Position numbers and translations under genes: made by a program | The notes under the pieces: generated by a model | The model's input: the letters and a program-made list of their open reading frames with translations, nothing else | What the model was told of the DNA's origin: nothing | The model's database searches: none | Part shown: positions 60,006 to 64,000 of the stretch, piece after piece | Layout of the letters: each line of letters begins with the position of its first letter | Numbering within the stretch: position 1 is the stretch's first letter | Assembly (NCBI GenBank): GCA_963663225.1 | Contig: OY760142.1 | Span: 1,792,001 to 1,856,000, forward strand | DNA length: 64,000 bases | Direction: 5' to 3' | Source: Nitrospirota bacterium | Lineage (GTDB): Bacteria > Nitrospirota > UBA9217

Positions 60006-60340
60006 GAATCACCTCAGAGACATCGTTTTCTTTCGGTTCATTGCTCCGAAAAAACGGGTATTCTTTATTGCCCTACACCATAAGAACAGCAACTGCGGTT
60101 CACAAAACGATGCAGAATATTAATTATTGTTTAGAAACAAGGACAGAACTATCCTTGATCGATCTTATCGGATTATCTAGTAAAAACTTTAAAAAAATAT
60201 TTTTTTGTTCTTGATGATTTTTTATTATTTATCAATAGGCTGGACAATAAATAGTTTTTGAAAACGACAGGTTCCATGGTAATATCCGGGGGAAATTGAG
60301 AAAGATCGATTATAGCCTTAATCGGTGAAGGAGAAAAGGC

Positions 60341-60751
60341 ATGCCTATAGAATGGACACCGGACCTTGCGACCGGTACTAAAAAAATTGATGAGCAGCAC
60401 GTGGAATTGTTCAGACGCGTTGATACCCTGATTGGCGCGTGGAAAAACGGCAAGGCCGGTCCGGAAATTGACAAGCTTATTCAGTTTCTCGGGGATTATG
60501 TTGTCGAACATTTCGGGACGGAAGAAAAATTCATGGAACAGTACCAATACGGCAGTGCGGCCGTTCAGCACAAGGCGCAGCATGAGGTGTTCATCAACTT
60601 GTTTGGAAAGTTGAAGGAACGCTATATGAAGGAGGGCCCCACTCCTGCCTTTGTTGACGACACCAAAGATGTCGTTGTTGACTGGCTGAAAAATCACATT
60701 AAGTATTCAGACAAGGCACTCGGCCTGTTTCTGAAAATGAAAATGCGATAG
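60341..60751 (+). CDS. Single-domain bacteriohemerythrin
   Basis: W..L.TG..IDEQH, HFGTEE.FM, HKAQH, WL.NHI..D iron ligands. Confidence 0.93.
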   Translation: MPIEWTPDLATGTKKIDEQHVELFRRVDTLIGAWKNGKAGPEIDKLIQFLGDYVVEHFGTEEKFMEQYQYGSAAVQHKAQHEVFINLFGKLKERYMKEGPTPAFVDDTKDVVVDWLKNHIKYSDKALGLFLKMKMR

Positions 60752-60858
60752 AAACGGACGCCTGAGAAAACAGCATTGTGGCGTAAAAATTGATTGGTTT
60801 TTTCCTCAAGGAATGATACGATACCAAACTATATATTTTCAGGGGGGGGTATGAACGT

Positions 60859-62178
60859 ATGAGCGCAGCAGCACGAAAAAAGCTGTATGCCGACCGGGTG
60901 TACGAGCTGGGAACAGAGAACGCCTTTAAAATCGGACCGCATATTGCATTCCTCGAAGGAGAAGGACACAAGGTTCTTCGGCTGAATATCGGGGAACCTG
61001 ATTTTGATATTCCATCTTTTATACGGGATGAAGTAAAGCGACAGCTTGACCTCGGGAACACTCACTATTGCGACCCGAAAGGGATTCCCTCGCTGCGCAA
61101 AGCCATTGCAAATCAGATCAATGAGACCCGCGGGCTTGACGTATCGCCAGAGCAGGTCGTGGTATTTCCGGGAGGGAAGCCTTCCATCGGTTTTACACAG
61201 GAAGTTTACTGCAACCCGGGCGATGAAATAATCTACCCCAGTCCCGGCTTTCCCATTTACGAGTCGTTCCCCCGTTATTTGGGTGCGGTTCCGGTTCCTC
61301 TGCACGTCTCGGAAGAGTCGAATTTTACGTTTACCGCGGAGCATTTAGGGGATTTGATTACCGAGCGGACCAGGCTGATCATCCTGAATTTCCCGTCCAA
61401 TCCGACAGGGGGCGTTGCCACGCATGAACAGCTTGCCAGCATTGCCGAAGTCATCAAAATAAAATGCGCACCGGACGTGCGTATCTATTCGGATGAAATT
61501 TATGAAAACATAATTTTCGACGGGCACAAGCATGTTTCCATCGCGTCGATTCCCGGCATGAAAGAACGGACCATTATCAGCAGCGGGTTCTCGAAGTCGT
61601 TTGCATGGACCGGCGGGCGCATCGGCTATGCCGTTTTTCCGACTGAGGAAGAGGCGAATATATTTAAGAACATCAATATTAATTATTTTTCGTGCGTTCC
61701 GCCGTTTAACCAGGAGGGTGCGCGGATCGCCCTGGAACATCCGGACAGCAAGGCAGTCACCGCAAGCATGGTCCAGACGTTCCAGAAACGACGGGACATT
61801 ATCGTAAAACAATTGAATGAAATCGACGGCATCCGTTGCAAGACGCCGGGAGGCGCATTCTATCTCTTCCCGAATGTGGCAGGTGTCTGCGAAAACGTCG
61901 GGGCCATTGCGGCATATGACAAACTTCCTGCTGACATGAAAACCAGGACCTCGCCGTCAGGACTCTTCCAGATGTTTCTCCTGTATGCACACCATGTTGC
62001 CACAATGGACCGGAATTCCTTCGGCAGGATCGGGGCCGAGGGGCAGCATTTTCTGCGGCTGTCCTCCGCATCTGACCTGGAAGTTCTTGAAGAGGGGGTA
62101 CGGCGTCTGGCAGTTGCCTCCCGGGATCGCGACGGTTTCGAGAAGTTCATGAAGAATACCGCAAGCCGTGTATGCTGA
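60859..62178 (+). CDS. Class I/II PLP-dependent aminotransferase
   Basis: IGEPDF, PSNPTG, SDEIY, GFSKSFAWTGGRIGY, GAFY.FP. Confidence 0.92.
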   Translation: MSAAARKKLYADRVYELGTENAFKIGPHIAFLEGEGHKVLRLNIGEPDFDIPSFIRDEVKRQLDLGNTHYCDPKGIPSLRKAIANQINETRGLDVSPEQVVVFPGGKPSIGFTQEVYCNPGDEIIYPSPGFPIYESFPRYLGAVPVPLHVSEESNFTFTAEHLGDLITERTRLIILNFPSNPTGGVATHEQLASIAEVIKIKCAPDVRIYSDEIYENIIFDGHKHVSIASIPGMKERTIISSGFSKSFAWTGGRIGYAVFPTEEEANIFKNININYFSCVPPFNQEGARIALEHPDSKAVTASMVQTFQKRRDIIVKQLNEIDGIRCKTPGGAFYLFPNVAGVCENVGAIAAYDKLPADMKTRTSPSGLFQMFLLYAHHVATMDRNSFGRIGAEGQHFLRLSSASDLEVLEEGVRRLAVASRDRDGFEKFMKNTASRVC

Positions 62179-62263
62179 CCATGTCAGCATCCGGCAGGCA
62201 CGTACGCTGTGGCGCGGACCGGTTGGTTCGCGCCGTTTTTTTAACCCTCAAGAGGAGACTGTG

Positions 62264-62737
62264 ATGAAAAAAAACGGCAACAGGCTGATAATGCGTATCC
62301 TGATTGCCTCGCTTCTGGTCAGCGGATGCGCGTCCGCATCAGCGCTCAAGGATTTTACGAGCGATGGATGCAGCCTCTTTCCCGATGGAAATTTTTCAGA
62401 CCGGACCCTCTGGTGCGACTGCTGCTTTGTTCATGATATTGCGTATTGGCGCGGAGGCACTGAGCAGGAGCGAAAGCAGGCGGACCAGGCGTTCCGGCAA
62501 TGCGTGCTTGCCCGCACAAAAAGCAGAATTCTGGCAAATCTGATGTATGAGGGGGTGCGGACCGGAGGACATCCCGCATTTCCCACGTGGTATCGCTGGG
62601 GATATGGGTGGGAATATGGCAGAGGATACGAGCCGCTTACAAACTTGGAACTGCAGCAGGTGCAGAAAAAGCTTGAGGAGTATCATACCCGGCATCCATC
62701 AGGTTATTGCGGAGAAAAAAAAAGTAAAGAACAGTAA
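62264..62737 (+). CDS. Putative lipoprotein with phospholipase A2-like HD motif
   Basis: GAGGAG RBS; lipobox LVSGC; FTSDGCS..WCDCCFVHDIAYWRGG..R..AD..C. Confidence 0.65.
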   Translation: MKKNGNRLIMRILIASLLVSGCASASALKDFTSDGCSLFPDGNFSDRTLWCDCCFVHDIAYWRGGTEQERKQADQAFRQCVLARTKSRILANLMYEGVRTGGHPAFPTWYRWGYGWEYGRGYEPLTNLELQQVQKKLEEYHTRHPSGYCGEKKSKEQ

Positions 62738-63143
62738 TGCCTGACGCAGGGACATGTCAGCTTCTCTGGTATCAGCAAACCGCTTTGCCAGGTCCTTCAT
62801 TTTTGATAGCTCCTTTCTTTGGGAATGCAAAGACACTGGAATCTTCTCGGGTGATGAGATTGGATCTTGAGACTTACCGCTCACTGTGCGGCACAAACGA
62901 GAGGAAGTTACTCCGAGAATATGCACATCGTATGGTTCCCGGAAGAAGGTCGGCACTCCGCGGCAAGCAACTGTGTGATTGCAACTCGCTTCATGCGCCT
63001 GGATATTCAAGACCCTGTTACTCCTGATAATCATTTTTATCGCATCTGTAGCGGTTTTTTTCAGCCGATTTTTTTTTACTACGGTTTTATCCTGATTTCA
63101 TGCGTCTTCGGTGGGTCTTCATTCTGAAAACCCTTGCCAAACC

Positions 63144-63196
63144 AGCCTAGATATGGTGTTTAAATATCTTGACAACACAACATATTGTGATATACT
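63144..63196 (+). promoter_or_regulatory. Tandem NrdR boxes overlapping a sigma70 promoter
   Basis: AGCCTAGATATGGTGT (63144) and ACACAACATATTGTGA (63175), 31 bp apart; TTGACA-16 nt-TATACT with box 2 filling the spacer. Confidence 0.85.
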
Positions 63197-63382
63197 CAGA
63201 CCCAGTTTTGAGACCAAATGACTGTAACCTACTGCATTTTCTTTTCTCAGAGCAATACAAAAACCAAAAAAGGCTTCATCAGAGACACAATACTGGCAAG
63301 GTTATATGAGAATCGTACGACTGAACTGTCTTGATCATCTGGTGTTCGCTTATCTGATAAGTAATAAATAATATATATAATT

Positions 63383-63420
63383 GCCGGGACGGTTATGGTA
63401 AGCCATCCCGGCTTTGATTT
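63383..63420 (+). terminator. Terminator-like hairpin inside the nrdJ leader
   Basis: GCCGGGACGGTTA-TGG-TAAGCCATCCCGGC followed by TTTGATTT. Confidence 0.5.
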
Positions 63421-63487
63421 GGGTTTATAATTCGTTCCAAAATATTATTTTGTTGGGGGATACTATCTCATCAGGGAGGGTTGTTTT

Positions 63488-64000
63488 ATGAAGAATTCTG
63501 CTGTTTCGGCAATAGCTGCCGGCAAGAATGGTCTTGGCTTGTCCGAAAACTGCCGCACGGTCCTGGAAAAGCGCTATTTGAAGCGAAATGAGGAAGGAGC
63601 GGTTATTGAAACAGCAGAGGATATGTTCACGCGCGTCGCGCGGACTATTGCCGGGGCGGACAAAGCCTACGGCAGGTCCGACGCTGAAGTAGAACAGACG
63701 GCCGCGGAATTCTACCATGCGATGACCTCGCTTGAGTTTTTGCCGAACAGCCCCACGCTGATGAATGCAGGGCGGGAACTGGGCCAGCTTTCCGCCTGTT
63801 TCGTGCTTCCGGTCGGAGATTCCATGGATGAGATTTTCGAATCCGTAAAACATGCGGCGCTTATCCATAAGTCCGGCGGCGGCACCGGGTTCTCCTTTTC
63901 GCGCATCCGCCCGAAGAACGACGTGGTAAAATCCACCAAAGGTGTGTCGTCAGGCCCCATTTCATTTATGACGGTGTTTGATGCGGCAACCGAAACAGTA
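63488..64000 (+). CDS. nrdJ: Adenosylcobalamin-dependent (class II) ribonucleotide reductase, N-terminal part (3' truncated)
   Basis: Translated by hand (absent from ORF track): VLEKRYL..E...[53 protein letters not shown]; GGGAGG RBS. Confidence 0.9.
   Translation, partial: MKNSAVSAIAAGKNGLGLSENCRTVLEKRYLKRNEEGAVIETAEDMFTRVARTIAGADKAYGRSDAEVEQTAAEFYHAMTSLEFLPNSPTLMNAGRELGQLSACFVLPVGDSMDEIFESVKHAALIHKSGGGTGFSFSRIRPKNDVVKSTKGVSSGPISFMTVFDAATETV

Noticed and set aside
62699-63127. Overlapping short ORFs on both strands upstream of the NrdR boxes
   Set aside because: No clear RBS or motifs and mutually overlapping; cannot support a gene call
63425-63960. Minus-strand ORFs at the window end
   Set aside because: Antisense to nrdJ, which the ORF track misses because it runs off the window

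Overview
Bacterial chromosomal window, mostly GC-rich, with an AT-rich island at about 31.3-34.5 kb. The gene content resembles an anaerobic diderm such as Nitrospirota or Desulfobacterota (inference from gene families, not a search result). Left to right: hydrolase fragment, MDR dehydrogenase, uppP-ftsK-(ferritin-like, cdh)-lolA-yajQ; a 16 kb non-canonical chemosensory cluster (DUF4388/GAF, cheY, cheA, ExeA-like ATPase, cheW, two very long MCPs, one fused to a C-terminal PhnD-like domain, cheW, HEAT protein, cheR, cheB, GAF protein, cheY); a ~390 bp direct repeat bracketing a lipoprotein gene and a REP-like inverted pair; a metalloid/thiol block (MOT1-type transporter, small thioredoxin, DUF2703, arsP, CMD, DGC-domain, SHOCT, and an ECF sigma factor with two matching ECF-type promoters); an AT-rich array of six co-oriented short genes with degenerate spacer motifs; a transmembrane ankyrin protein, pal-cpoB, DUF374; a two-component system with two YtkA/FixH-like genes and a CusCBA-like efflux system; scpA-scpB-MinD-like-pseudoJ/HTH; a four-gene unit of two HAMP-GGDEF-EAL proteins flanking a TonB-dependent receptor and an orphan substrate-binding protein; hemerythrin, aminotransferase, a PLA2-like lipoprotein, and the start of an NrdR-controlled nrdJ. 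No rRNA, tRNA, CRISPR array, transposase or integrase was recognised. All family calls are from motif recognition by eye. The strongest candidates for new biology are the TBDR-SBP-dual c-di-GMP unit, the MCP-PhnD fusion, the ECF mini-regulon and the cassette-like array.
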